Below are positions 36,698 to 46,156 of a stretch of DNA of 64,000 nucleotides, one piece after another. The stretch is from the IMG/VR virus record IMGVR_UViG_3300042564_004498, positions 64,001 through 128,000 of that record, one strand, 5' to 3'. Made by a program: the position numbers and the translations under genes. The notes below the pieces were generated by a model that made no database searches, had not been told where the DNA came from, and worked only from the letters and a program-made list of their open reading frames with translations. Position 1 is the first letter of the stretch; each line of letters starts with the position of its first letter. This DNA is from a virus.

Positions 36698-37632
36698 TCA
36701 ACTCGTTCAAACTTAACATTTAATTTAACATACATATCACCACCATTATATCCTTTATTTTTAAGTCTTAATGGTTTTGATGTGTCAAATAATTTAGGCG
36801 ACGCCATCTGTAAATCACCATCAGGATGTGGTATTAAAAATTTGTCTTTTTGAACTTCTTCTAAGTTGAGGTATAGATTATAAATTAAATCATTATTTAT
36901 TTTTTCATACCCGTCTTTTGGTACCATTTGTATTTGAAGAATCAAATCCCCATACTCACCATTTTTAAAATCTCCGGCATTGGCAACTTTTAAATATTGT
37001 CCATCATCAACCCCTTTAGGTAATGTCACATTAATTTCATTTGCCACAGATTTTATACCATTTCCACTACAATTATAACATTTATGTATTAGGGTGTATC
37101 CTCTTCCAGCACATGTTGGGCATGTTTGTCTAACTTGTTGTGTCATAAATCCAGTACCAAAAACTTTAACTTGGAACCCTTGTCCTTTACAAGTTCCGCA
37201 AGTTTGTTGGTCACCACCTTTTCCATTACAAGGTTGACAATGATTATCCTTAACATAACGAATAGTTTTTTGAATACCTTTGTAAGACTCTATTGGAGAC
37301 ACCATCACCTTAACAATTTTGTCAGGAGCGTTTTTTCTCATAGGTTGTTGTCTAGATTGTTGAGATGCCCCTCCAAACATTTGGTTAAACATATCCTGAA
37401 ATGACGAACCACCCCCGCCGCCAGCAAATGGATTATTTTTGGCTTGGTCGTATTGTGTTCGTTTACCCTCATTACCTAAGGTGTCGTAAGCTTCCGCAAT
37501 ATCTTTAAATTGTTCAGCGCCTTCAGGATTTATATCCGGGTGATATTTCTTAGAGAGGGTTCTGTATGATTTTTTAATCTCATTTGCAGACGATTTCTCT
37601 TCAACTTCTAAAATTTTATAGTAATCTTTCAT
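36694..37632 (-). CDS. dnaJ: DnaJ chaperone
   Basis: J-domain HPD, G/F region, four CxxCxGxG motifs, C-terminal domain. Confidence 0.95.
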   Translation of the reverse strand: MKDYYKILEVEEKSSANEIKKSYRTLSKKYHPDINPEGAEQFKDIAEAYDTLGNEGKRTQYDQAKNNPFAGGGGGSSFQDMFNQMFGGASQQSRQQPMRKNAPDKIVKVMVSPIESYKGIQKTIRYVKDNHCQPCNGKGGDQQTCGTCKGQGFQVKVFGTGFMTQQVRQTCPTCAGRGYTLIHKCYNCSGNGIKSVANEINVTLPKGVDDGQYLKVANAGDFKNGEYGDLILQIQMVPKDGYEKINNDLIYNLYLNLEEVQKDKFLIPHPDGDLQMASPKLFDTSKPLRLKNKGYNGGDMYVKLNVKFERVD

Positions 37633-37634
37633 AT

Positions 37635-38279
37635 ATGGAGAACTACCTTGTAGTCTTGTTCAAAAATAAGACAAAGAAAAAAATAATAAATAAGTTCATC
37701 ACTTATAATAGAGCTAAATTATTTTATAATAAACTTGTTAAAGAATCTCAAGACATAATATTTGATGTTGAAGTTGAGTCGGGTAAGGAATGCAAATATG
37801 AGATTGGTATCATTGAGATGAGTGGTAGACAACTCGTACCTGTGTATATGACCGATGAGTATGGTAGAAGTATTAAAGTAAAATTAAATGAAGATGGTAT
37901 GACTCTTTTTGAAATATCCCCATACAAAAAAGATGAACTCATTTACGACATTAAAGAAGGTAAAAAAATTACAACCCAAGAATTAATTAAAAAATATCTT
38001 AAGGGTGATGGTATGAAAATGATTTCCGTATTAAACAATAAAATTGTTGTACAACAAGAAGAAAAGTTTTATTTATTTACATTAAAAACAGAACAAGAAT
38101 CCGCAAGATTTGTTAATTGTTTATCTTCTTACTTTTTTAAAATAAAAAGAGGAGATTGTCTTTTTGTGAAAGACTACTCCTCGGCTCAAAGAAAATACCT
38201 TTATGGTATTTTAGAATCTAATGGTTTTGATAAGAAAGTACTTTATAGAAAATTTACTTCTCTACCTCAGTCAAAATAA
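37635..38279 (+). CDS. hypothetical protein
   Basis: Start likely MENYLVV, 2 nt from the dnaJ start. Confidence 0.7.
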   Translation: MENYLVVLFKNKTKKKIINKFITYNRAKLFYNKLVKESQDIIFDVEVESGKECKYEIGIIEMSGRQLVPVYMTDEYGRSIKVKLNEDGMTLFEISPYKKDELIYDIKEGKKITTQELIKKYLKGDGMKMISVLNNKIVVQQEEKFYLFTLKTEQESARFVNCLSSYFFKIKRGDCLFVKDYSSAQRKYLYGILESNGFDKKVLYRKFTSLPQSK

Positions 38280-38484
38280 AATGAAAATCAGTTCCTGAAA
38301 TATCAATTGTAAATTGTTTGTGATGTCTATCAACTTCTCTAAAGTGATTAATAACACTGGTGTATTCACCTTTAGGTAATTCAAAAACTATAGTCGCCTT
38401 ACCACTAAAAATGGTTTGACAAGATTCAGCAATTAATGCTAATTTTTCTAATTCCCCAAAAGGATGATTTTTATTCTCTTCCAT
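38254..38484 (-). CDS. hypothetical protein
   Basis: 76 aa ORF. Confidence 0.65.
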   Translation of the reverse strand: MEENKNHPFGELEKLALIAESCQTIFSGKATIVFELPKGEYTSVINHFREVDRHHKQFTIDISGTDFHFILTEVEK

Positions 38485-38642
38485 AAACTTATTTTTTTTG
38501 GTATAGGAAACATTTCTTCCTTCTTTAATTTAGTAATTTGTGAGATGTAATCCTGTTTAATTTTCTCAACTTGTTGTGAATCTTTTCGTTCCTCACTCTC
38601 TATCATTCTCAACAGTCTCTGTGATTGGTCTGTCTTGCTCAT
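38448..38642 (-). CDS. hypothetical protein
   Basis: 64 aa ORF. Confidence 0.6.
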   Translation of the reverse strand: MSKTDQSQRLLRMIESEERKDSQQVEKIKQDYISQITKLKKEEMFPIPKKISLWKRIKIILLGN

Positions 38643-39057
38643 ATGTTTCTAAATTTGGTTCTTCCTCCTTAATCTCTAAACTTGTGTCCCCTTCATCAAA
38701 ATCAAAATATAGGTTTTGAAGTCTATCTAAATCAGTTTTTTCAAATGTTTGTTTTAATTGGTCAACAGTTTGTTTAAACAGTCGTTCTTTTAATTCCCTT
38801 TCTTTATTTAACTTAATAATTTTGGCAATCTTTGTCAAAGTTATTGAAACATTATTTTCATTAATCTCGGAAACAAACGAAATACCTTTTAAATTTTGGT
38901 CATCTGAATCAAACCCAACGATTTGTCCCTCATCAATAATACTTTTTGGTAATGCCCATTTAGTTGGGAATAACATGTCAAAACTCAAATAAGTCTTTAA
39001 TTTTCTTATTGAGTGTATGTATTCAACAAACGGTGCTAATTCTTTATAAAAACTCAT
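38593..39057 (-). CDS. hypothetical protein
   Basis: 154 aa ORF. Confidence 0.75.
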   Translation of the reverse strand: MSFYKELAPFVEYIHSIRKLKTYLSFDMLFPTKWALPKSIIDEGQIVGFDSDDQNLKGISFVSEINENNVSITLTKIAKIIKLNKERELKERLFKQTVDQLKQTFEKTDLDRLQNLYFDFDEGDTSLEIKEEEPNLETYEQDRPITETVENDRE

Positions 39058-39242
39058 TTTGCGTATAGATATGTGATTATGTAACTAATTGATAATGCAA
39101 TGTAAATAAGTTCCCTGTTACTATAAACCAATGGTTTTGGTTCTCTAGATAACAGGGCTCCTATGAATTTTGTAACATTTTTCAATGATACTAATATTGT
39201 AAAAACAAATATAAAAAAATATATTGTGTCAATATTATGCAT
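39054..39242 (-). CDS. small two-TM membrane protein
   Basis: 62 aa, hydrophobic. Confidence 0.6.
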   Translation of the reverse strand: MHNIDTIYFFIFVFTILVSLKNVTKFIGALLSREPKPLVYSNRELIYIALSISYIITYLYAK

Positions 39243-39417
39243 TCTTTTCTGATTTGCTATGTTCTAAAATTTCTTTTCTGAATTGTTGAAGAGCGTCTTT
39301 CAACTCTTGAGCAGTTTTTCTAGTTCTAGTTCCCGCGCTTTTATTTCCTTTATAGAATTTAGTAGCATCAACTGATAGTAACTCAGTTAGTTCTTTAATT
39401 TTTTCTAATGTTTCCAT
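39235..39417 (-). CDS. histone H1-like Hc1-family protein (Bacteroidota type)
   Basis: KF.KGNKSAGTRTRK.AQELK..Q.FRKEI. Confidence 0.8.
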   Translation of the reverse strand: METLEKIKELTELLSVDATKFYKGNKSAGTRTRKTAQELKDALQQFRKEILEHSKSEKNA

Positions 39418-39498
39418 TTTTAATTTATAAATTAGTTTATTGTTTATTTTAGAATATTAACTTTTCTTACTCTGGTGTAAATAGAATTAAGGTTTTTT

Positions 39499-39972
39499 TT
39501 AACTAACACTTTTTTCCAACATCTTATAAATTTGTGTTAATATGTCTAAATCAGATTTACTAAATGGTTTATAAACATCAAAAACTTCAAATAAAAAATT
39601 AGGGATAGACTCTTTTACACCCTTATCAGGATGATTATAAAATGTGTCAATAAAAAATGATTTGAAATATTCTCGGTGTTCTCCCGATTCTTTAATAATG
39701 ATATCTTCTTTTTTAAAGTCATTTATAACTTTGCCCCAACACCAATCAAAATGTGATTCATTATCTTCTTGAGTGAGTAGTATTTTAGTCTCATAACTAC
39801 TACTTGTATTACCCATGTAAGTGTCCGCGACAATATGATTCAAAGACTTGAATATATCACCGTACAACTCAATTTTTTCATAATTCATGTTATGAATATT
39901 AAACCAAATTGTTACTTCATCATTGGGGATTACCTTAGACATCCAATTAAAAAAATTCTCCATAGAGTTCAT
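39499..39972 (-). CDS. hypothetical protein
   Basis: 157 aa ORF. Confidence 0.75.
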   Translation of the reverse strand: MNSMENFFNWMSKVIPNDEVTIWFNIHNMNYEKIELYGDIFKSLNHIVADTYMGNTSSSYETKILLTQEDNESHFDWCWGKVINDFKKEDIIIKESGEHREYFKSFFIDTFYNHPDKGVKESIPNFLFEVFDVYKPFSKSDLDILTQIYKMLEKSVS

Positions 39973-39982
39973 CTATGGAGAA
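39949..39982 (-). terminator. terminator-like hairpin overlapping start codons
   Basis: TTCTCCATAGA-tgaac-TCTATGGAGAA followed by T7. Confidence 0.6.
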
Positions 39983-40011
39983 TATAATAAAATGATATTA
40001 AATGTGAATTT

Positions 40012-41319
40012 TTATTGAGTTTTTCTGTCGTAAGAAATTAGATTTTTCATCTTATTCATTTCTTCAGATACTATTTTTAACTTTTTATCTTCAACAGATT
40101 CAAGTTTGTTCATAATATTTTGAGCCTTAGCCGTAGAACTTTTACTACCTCTTTTGCTTTGTAATGAACCTGATTCCGTATTTTCCCCTGCAACATCAAC
40201 AGGTTGTGATTGTCTTTTATAAGAAACATTCATTTGTTCAGCACCATATAGATTCTCATCATAATTCTTTTTGAATTTATCTCCAAGTTTACTTTTACCT
40301 ACATTACCTAATGCCTTTCCATCTTTATCAGTAACCGCATTACCCGTTGTTGAATCCCCTTTTAAGTATTTATCTATTTTCTTATCGTCGGGTTTAATTT
40401 CGTCATAAACTAAATTAGTCATACCAGGATAACTAAAAGCATCAATATACTCATCAACCGCCTCTGATGGATTATATTTCATCACTTTAGCGTCTTTATC
40501 CATTTGGTAATTACTTTGTGGGAAATCGTCAGGATTTTCGTTGTACTCGCCACCACCCATGAACATATCCTTCATATAATCTTTCATTTTCTTAACAACC
40601 TCTTTAGAATAGTCATCATTTTCTTTTTTGTCTAAATCTAAAACTTTGTTAGTTTTTTTAAGACCTTGAGGTTCTTTAACTGAAATATTGTTTTTCTCTG
40701 CTATGTCTTTAATTTTTTGTTCAATCACTAAAGTCTCAATCATATCAATTAATTCTTCTTCAGTTAATTTTAAAGATTTTGTACTTTCCTTAACACTTTT
40801 AAGTGTTAATGCTAAATTAACTTGTTTCAACAATGTAGAATCAGATGCCGATAATTTTTTATCTCCCTCACTTTTTTTCATTAATTCCTTTTTTAACGAT
40901 TGTAATTTAGCGTTAGGGATTTTGTCACCTTCAGGTATTCCTAATTTTTTATGTAAAGCCCCTTTATTCATTTTAGTTTTTTGAATCCAATTTTTATCTT
41001 CCTTAGACTCATACATTTCGTCACCGCACTCATTACACTCATCCTCATCTATATCGTTATTATCAAAGAAAAATTCTTCAACTTCTTTCTTATGAGATTT
41101 AGCATCTCTTAATTTTTTGAAATCCGCAGCAGTGATTTTACCTTTTGGTTCGGCAACATCTATCTTTTTTTGACCACCTTTAAGTTCTTCTCCCATTTCA
41201 ATTTCAGTCCATTCACCTTCATTGATAGTTTTTGATAATTCTTTAACTTTACTCTCAATTTCTTCGTTTAGAATTCTTGAAACAAGTTTGTCAATATTTT
41301 TGTTAAAATTACTCATCAT
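40012..41319 (-). CDS. charged mosaic protein, putative head-internal protein
   Basis: Repeated L/I-x-E segments (ILNEE, LTEEEL); short modules WIQK..GALHKKLGIPEG.KIP and GGQKKIDV..GKITAADFKKLR. Confidence 0.7.
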   Translation of the reverse strand: MMSNFNKNIDKLVSRILNEEIESKVKELSKTINEGEWTEIEMGEELKGGQKKIDVAEPKGKITAADFKKLRDAKSHKKEVEEFFFDNNDIDEDECNECGDEMYESKEDKNWIQKTKMNKGALHKKLGIPEGDKIPNAKLQSLKKELMKKSEGDKKLSASDSTLLKQVNLALTLKSVKESTKSLKLTEEELIDMIETLVIEQKIKDIAEKNNISVKEPQGLKKTNKVLDLDKKENDDYSKEVVKKMKDYMKDMFMGGGEYNENPDDFPQSNYQMDKDAKVMKYNPSEAVDEYIDAFSYPGMTNLVYDEIKPDDKKIDKYLKGDSTTGNAVTDKDGKALGNVGKSKLGDKFKKNYDENLYGAEQMNVSYKRQSQPVDVAGENTESGSLQSKRGSKSSTAKAQNIMNKLESVEDKKLKIVSEEMNKMKNLISYDRKTQ

Positions 41320-41341
41320 TATTGTTTTCTTATAAATATAT

Positions 41342-42199
41342 TTAATTGTGTCTTTTATTCATTTTTTCGTATTCATGTTCCAAAATAGTCTTAATAACAT
41401 TCTCACTGATACCAATTTTACTAGAAACATTCTTGATTGCCTCTTTAACTGATTCGTTTTTACTAATTTTTACATTATTAATATCACCTTGATTACAATA
41501 CGGGAATTTAGTACACTTCTTTTTTATCTTAACAAATCCCCCACCAGGTATTTGAGTTTTTCTACTTGGACCCCAATCTTTCTTTTTAGTTGATTTAGCC
41601 CACATAGATGGTGATTCATACGCTCCACTTGAACCTGTAGTTGTGGCTTCTTTCGCCTCTACTTTTTCAACATCACTCTCTTTTAATTTTGGAGTTTCTC
41701 TTCTACTTCTTTCCCAAAATTCATCGTTACCTCCAAATACTGGTCCTGAATATGCACCTGAAGAACCTGAACCTGTGGCTTCCTTAGTTTCTTTTTTCTT
41801 ACCGTCACAATGCGCTTTTTGACTAAAACCTTTTGGGTTTGAACAATTTATGGATTTTTTATATTTTTCACTCCACTTCTCGGTAACCTCGTTTTTATCA
41901 CTTTTCATCCCTTTACCCATATTTGTTAATATAGTGTTTAAAACATCTGTAGTTAAACCAGGCGTTTTACCTCCAGGATAATATTTTGAATGACCTGTTT
42001 CGTCTTTAGTCTCTTTCTTTTTATTAAGTAAAAATTTCTTAATACTTCTTCTAATCATTGGTGTTTCATCTTCTGTTTCATCTTCTTTAACACCTTGTCT
42101 ATAAGATGCATAATCAGTCATAGTTCCCTGATTAAGATTAACACTTGTATATGCTTTATCTAACCCGTCTTTGAATACTTCTTGTGCTGTTTTTGGCAT
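41342..42199 (-). CDS. charged mosaic protein, putative head-internal protein
   Basis: KWSEKYKKSINCSNPKGFSQKAHC; KEAT..GSSGAY twice. Confidence 0.7.
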   Translation of the reverse strand: MPKTAQEVFKDGLDKAYTSVNLNQGTMTDYASYRQGVKEDETEDETPMIRRSIKKFLLNKKKETKDETGHSKYYPGGKTPGLTTDVLNTILTNMGKGMKSDKNEVTEKWSEKYKKSINCSNPKGFSQKAHCDGKKKETKEATGSGSSGAYSGPVFGGNDEFWERSRRETPKLKESDVEKVEAKEATTTGSSGAYESPSMWAKSTKKKDWGPSRKTQIPGGGFVKIKKKCTKFPYCNQGDINNVKISKNESVKEAIKNVSSKIGISENVIKTILEHEYEKMNKRHN

Positions 42200-42201
42200 A
42201 G

Positions 42202-42447
42202 TTATGCGTTTTTAAGTCTTGGTTCCCAATAACTTCTATTCATCCACATAAATTGGTAGAACTCTCGGAACATTCTTAATGTGATGTCTTTAACATCACC
42301 TTCTAATTTACCTCTTTTGATTTCTTTACCGATTCTATCCAGTAATTTATCTTCAAATTGTTTAAGAGTATTATTTTCCATAAAGCTTTTTATTTCTTTA
42401 CGAATTAATACTTCCATCTCTTTAACTTCAGAACTAGTTAACGCCAT
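42202..42447 (-). CDS. hypothetical protein
   Basis: 81 aa ORF. Confidence 0.7.
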   Translation of the reverse strand: MALTSSEVKEMEVLIRKEIKSFMENNTLKQFEDKLLDRIGKEIKRGKLEGDVKDITLRMFREFYQFMWMNRSYWEPRLKNA

Positions 42448-42847
42448 TATTTAGTATTAGATATGTTGTTGATATTATTCCAGCAAAAGTTCCAACTTTC
42501 CATAAAAAAGTTTTAGTTCTTTGACTTTTTAATTCTTTATGTAAACTATTAGTTAACTCTTCAGACACTTTTAATTGTTCATTTTTTTTTACAATCATGA
42601 ATTGATTATTTTTATCTTTAGTTGTTAATAAATTAATAATCGTGTCTTTTTGAGAGTCTTTCTCATTAAGTTTAAAAATTTTATCATTTAATAATTTTAC
42701 TTCTTCTTTATACCCATCAAATTTCAATAAATCTTTATAGATTAATCTGGCTGTTTTGGTTGGGAGTATTACTTTAGTTGTATCTTGCTGTGAGTAACTG
42801 CTCCAGCTCAACATTACCAAAGTTATTAACATTATTAACTTTCTCAT
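42434..42847 (-). CDS. secreted coiled-coil protein with C-terminal TM (spanin-like candidate)
   Basis: Signal peptide, coiled coil, terminal hydrophobic segment. Confidence 0.6.
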   Translation of the reverse strand: MRKLIMLITLVMLSWSSYSQQDTTKVILPTKTARLIYKDLLKFDGYKEEVKLLNDKIFKLNEKDSQKDTIINLLTTKDKNNQFMIVKKNEQLKVSEELTNSLHKELKSQRTKTFLWKVGTFAGIISTTYLILNNGVN

Positions 42848-43109
42848 TTGTTTTTTCTTTTACTATTGTTAAATTATTATCAATGTGATGAATTTCTTTT
42901 GTAATATTATTTACATTTTCTTTCACCTCAAAAACTTTATCCTCAATTTTTTTATTTACAACCTGAACAGAGTCTACCTCTATTTGGATGTTTTCTATTT
43001 TTTCCTTGTAAGACTTAACATCAGTTTTAATACTATTTGTATTAAAAATGTTCCAAGCGACCAATACAATAACGATGATTAATAAAATGGTTTCTTTATT
43101 ATCTTTCAT
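42774..43109 (-). CDS. N-terminal TM plus coiled-coil protein (i-spanin-like candidate)
   Basis: Start reassigned to MKDNKET; overlaps the previous gene by 74 nt. Confidence 0.6.
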   Translation of the reverse strand: MKDNKETILLIIVIVLVAWNIFNTNSIKTDVKSYKEKIENIQIEVDSVQVVNKKIEDKVFEVKENVNNITKEIHHIDNNLTIVKEKTNEKVNNVNNFGNVELEQLLTARYN

Positions 43110-43119
43110 AATTAATAAA

Positions 43120-43686
43120 TTATTGTGGTGATTCTTTAGTTTTCTTTCTATTAGCAAGTACTTTACCCCACTTAGATTTAAATTTTTGGTAAAATTGTTG
43201 TAATTTATTTAATGTGGTTAAAAAATCTTCATCAACTTTAATCATGGTTCCATTGATGTATATTCCACTATTCTCACCTATTGATAAACTAAATTCAATG
43301 TCATCATCTATAAGCTTACCTGACCACTCTACATTATTTTGGTAAACATTTAATGTATTAAAATCTGCTAAGTCAGAAACCTCATTAACAAACTCGTCCA
43401 TAGTTTCTTGGAATGCAATTTTTTCATCAGATGTAATATCTAATTCACTTCTATCTTTACCATGTAAAGCTAGTATACCACCAGAAATTCTGTATTTTTG
43501 GGTTTTATCTTTTTGAGTTGGATTCTCACCATTCTCAACTTCTTTGTCGGCTGTTTCATATTCGGCATCTTGTTGTATTCTACTTTCAACATCCGCGCCA
43601 ACATTAACTTGTTGTTCAAACAATAATTTAGACCTCTTTAATAGAGATTTAATTTCATCGTATCTTTCGTTATGCAAATTGCTCAT
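43120..43686 (-). CDS. hypothetical protein
   Basis: 188 aa ORF. Confidence 0.75.
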   Translation of the reverse strand: MSNLHNERYDEIKSLLKRSKLLFEQQVNVGADVESRIQQDAEYETADKEVENGENPTQKDKTQKYRISGGILALHGKDRSELDITSDEKIAFQETMDEFVNEVSDLADFNTLNVYQNNVEWSGKLIDDDIEFSLSIGENSGIYINGTMIKVDEDFLTTLNKLQQFYQKFKSKWGKVLANRKKTKESPQ

Positions 43687-44275
43687 TTTCTAAAAATTTT
43701 CTAAAGGTTTCAAAATTAAATGATGGGTTTAGGTCAGTAAAGTTTGAATTAAAATTACTTCTTGTAACAATCCCTTCAAACTCGGAAATACCGTCAATTT
43801 TTACATTATGACCAATACATCTTTTATCTATTTTATAATCACTAATTAATTGGTTACACAAATCCGCAGTTGATTTAATCTGTAAATCTGTATAGGGTTG
43901 CCAAAAAAAGTAATCTCTCCATTTTTTCTCGTAAACCTGTTGATTATAAATACTTCCTTTCCAGTTAATATAATAGTTGGTTAAAGGTTTCTTTTCTAAC
44001 CATCCTAAATTCTCTAAACATATAATTATAGAATTCCTGTTAATGTTAGATTCTTGAAAAAAATTGGTGTGTGAATCGTCAGAGAGTAGTTGTAAAATTT
44101 TACCTTCTCTTGTAATAATGTAATTGGGTATCTTATCAAATTTCCCATTATACCTAAGTTTAAGGGAAGTTAAATATTCTTTAACCTCCCTTGATGTATG
44201 ACATAGGATTATTTGTTTTTTTTTCTTTTGTTTACCCGTAGGTTTGAAGTTTCCATATTTTTGGATATCAATCAT
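43670..44275 (-). CDS. N-acetylmuramoyl-L-alanine amidase-like protein (Amidase_2)
   Basis: IILCHT, YIITREGKILQL, SIIICLEN, YT..Q..S...L, DLNP. Confidence 0.75.
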   Translation of the reverse strand: MIDIQKYGNFKPTGKQKKKKQIILCHTSREVKEYLTSLKLRYNGKFDKIPNYIITREGKILQLLSDDSHTNFFQESNINRNSIIICLENLGWLEKKPLTNYYINWKGSIYNQQVYEKKWRDYFFWQPYTDLQIKSTADLCNQLISDYKIDKRCIGHNVKIDGISEFEGIVTRSNFNSNFTDLNPSFNFETFRKFLENEQFA

Positions 44276-45002
44276 TTCTTTTTGAATAACTCAAGACTTT
44301 TTTTTCAGTCCCATTTATTTCTTCTGAAGTGGTTAATGTTGAATCATCGGGTCCATCGTTCCCTATGGGACCTTCAAGCGAACCAAACTTTTGTTGGTTT
44401 AATTTCACTAACTCTTCCTCAAGTCTTTTTAAATCATCCTCAGTTGGTGTATACTTTTGGTTTTCAATTTCTCCTTCCATTTTTCCCGCTTGGAGACTTA
44501 GAGCTTCAATATCTATTGTTGGAGTTTCTATCGGTAATTTTTTTTTATCTTCTTCTTCAAATTTAACTAACATGTGTAAGAATGAAAGTGAAATTAAAGG
44601 TAACATTCCCCCTGAAAATAACGCTAAAAATCTTTTGTGCCCCGAAATATCTCCAACTCCAAGAAAACTAACTAGTGGGTCAACTAAATCAACCCAATCT
44701 TTAAACGCTTGACTATTAATATCAATATATTGGTATGCAAAAAATATATTACCTATAAATTGGATTAAAGTAACAATACCAAATGGGAAATACACTTTTT
44801 TCCCCATCTGAGCAGATATTGCGGCCAATGCTGACAACGCAGCAATTTCAATACCAATTGATAAGTAAATTGCCCAACTAAAAGGATTAGATAATCCATA
44901 CCATTTCGTTACATGGGAAATTGACACAAACGCAACGGTCAATATTGGAACCAAGAATGAAATGTATATTATTGTTTTAAAATTCCTTTGGAACCAATTC
45001 AT
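44268..45002 (-). CDS. multi-TM membrane protein with acidic tail
   Basis: Four hydrophobic helices. Confidence 0.75.
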   Translation of the reverse strand: MNWFQRNFKTIIYISFLVPILTVAFVSISHVTKWYGLSNPFSWAIYLSIGIEIAALSALAAISAQMGKKVYFPFGIVTLIQFIGNIFFAYQYIDINSQAFKDWVDLVDPLVSFLGVGDISGHKRFLALFSGGMLPLISLSFLHMLVKFEEEDKKKLPIETPTIDIEALSLQAGKMEGEIENQKYTPTEDDLKRLEEELVKLNQQKFGSLEGPIGNDGPDDSTLTTSEEINGTEKKVLSYSKRND

Positions 45003-45286
45003 TATTTTTTTGTGTTTAATTTTTTTATTTCATTCTCAATTTCAGTTTGTCTTCTAACATCAATAAGTTTTCTATCAGTAGCCTGAATCATTCTTTTTTC
45101 CGCCTCAAGTCCTGATATTTGTAATTGAATGTTTAATTCTTGTTTGGTGTATGTTGAATCTTTGATTGCCTCAATTTCTTTTTTAATTGATTTTATTTCT
45201 CTTGAATCTCCGCAACTTTTGAAGAATCCTAATACGGCAATCACTAAAATAATTACTGTGAAGTTGTTTTCTAAAAATTTTTTCAT
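45002..45286 (-). CDS. membrane-anchored coiled-coil protein (possible lipoprotein)
   Basis: Hydrophobic N-terminus ending FKSC. Confidence 0.65.
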   Translation of the reverse strand: MKKFLENNFTVIILVIAVLGFFKSCGDSREIKSIKKEIEAIKDSTYTKQELNIQLQISGLEAEKRMIQATDRKLIDVRRQTEIENEIKKLNTKK

Positions 45287-45355
45287 ATTAATTTGATTTA
45301 AATTTATTATTAAAATATAAAAGGTGTATTAAATAAATACACCCTTTACATCAAT

Positions 45356-46153
45356 TTATAAGTAGTCAAATAAAATTGCCGTCTCATTTCTTAATTTTCT
45401 GAGAGCTTTTTCTTTAATCTGCCGAACTCTTTCTTTAGTTAAATCAAAATCATTCCCAATATCTTCCAATGTTCTTGTTGAACCCGATAACCCAAAATAG
45501 TCTTGAATTATCAATTTTTCTCGTCCATCTAAAACATCTAACATAGAAAACAGTTTATCTTTTAAAGTATCTTCACTAGATAATCCAGCATCTGCCAATT
45601 CAGCATTAGGGTTGTTTAATATATCCAACAATGTATCTCCATCTTCATTCAATGGATTATCTAAATTAACGGTATATGGTAAATTCACAAACTTTTCAGG
45701 TAATTCAATACCAGCCCTTTCCAAATCTTTTTTGGCCCTATGAAGTTCTTGAACCACATTAACAGGTAGACGAATAGTTCTAGCATTTTCATTTAATGAT
45801 TGTAAAATAGATTGTCTAACCCACCAAACAGCATAAGAAATAAATCTCAGTCTTTTAGACCAATCAAAATTCTCAATTGCTTTCATTAATCCAAGATTAC
45901 CTTCGGCAATTAAATCAGATAGTTCTAACCCTTGATTTTGATATTGTTTACTCACAGTAATTACAAAACGTAAATTACCCTCTAACAACTCTTTTTGAAT
46001 CTCTTTTGTTTGTTTTTCGGTTACATTTTCCGATAGCATTATTTCTGCTAACTCTCTTTCTCTTTCAGGTGTCATAACTCTTAATTTCCTAAGGTCTTTA
46101 AGATAGTGACTAATTTCTTCTTGATTAATTGGAATTGACGATTTTTCTTTCAT
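45356..46153 (-). CDS. RNA polymerase sigma-70 factor (RpoD/RpoS-like)
   Basis: NLRFVI.V.K.Y, DLIAEGNLGLMKA, RFISYAVWWVRQSI, RTIRLP, TLEDIG..LTKERVRQIKEKAL. Confidence 0.95.
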   Translation of the reverse strand: MKEKSSIPINQEEISHYLKDLRKLRVMTPERERELAEIMLSENVTEKQTKEIQKELLEGNLRFVITVSKQYQNQGLELSDLIAEGNLGLMKAIENFDWSKRLRFISYAVWWVRQSILQSLNENARTIRLPVNVVQELHRAKKDLERAGIELPEKFVNLPYTVNLDNPLNEDGDTLLDILNNPNAELADAGLSSEDTLKDKLFSMLDVLDGREKLIIQDYFGLSGSTRTLEDIGNDFDLTKERVRQIKEKALRKLRNETAILFDYL

Positions 46154-46156
46154 ATT

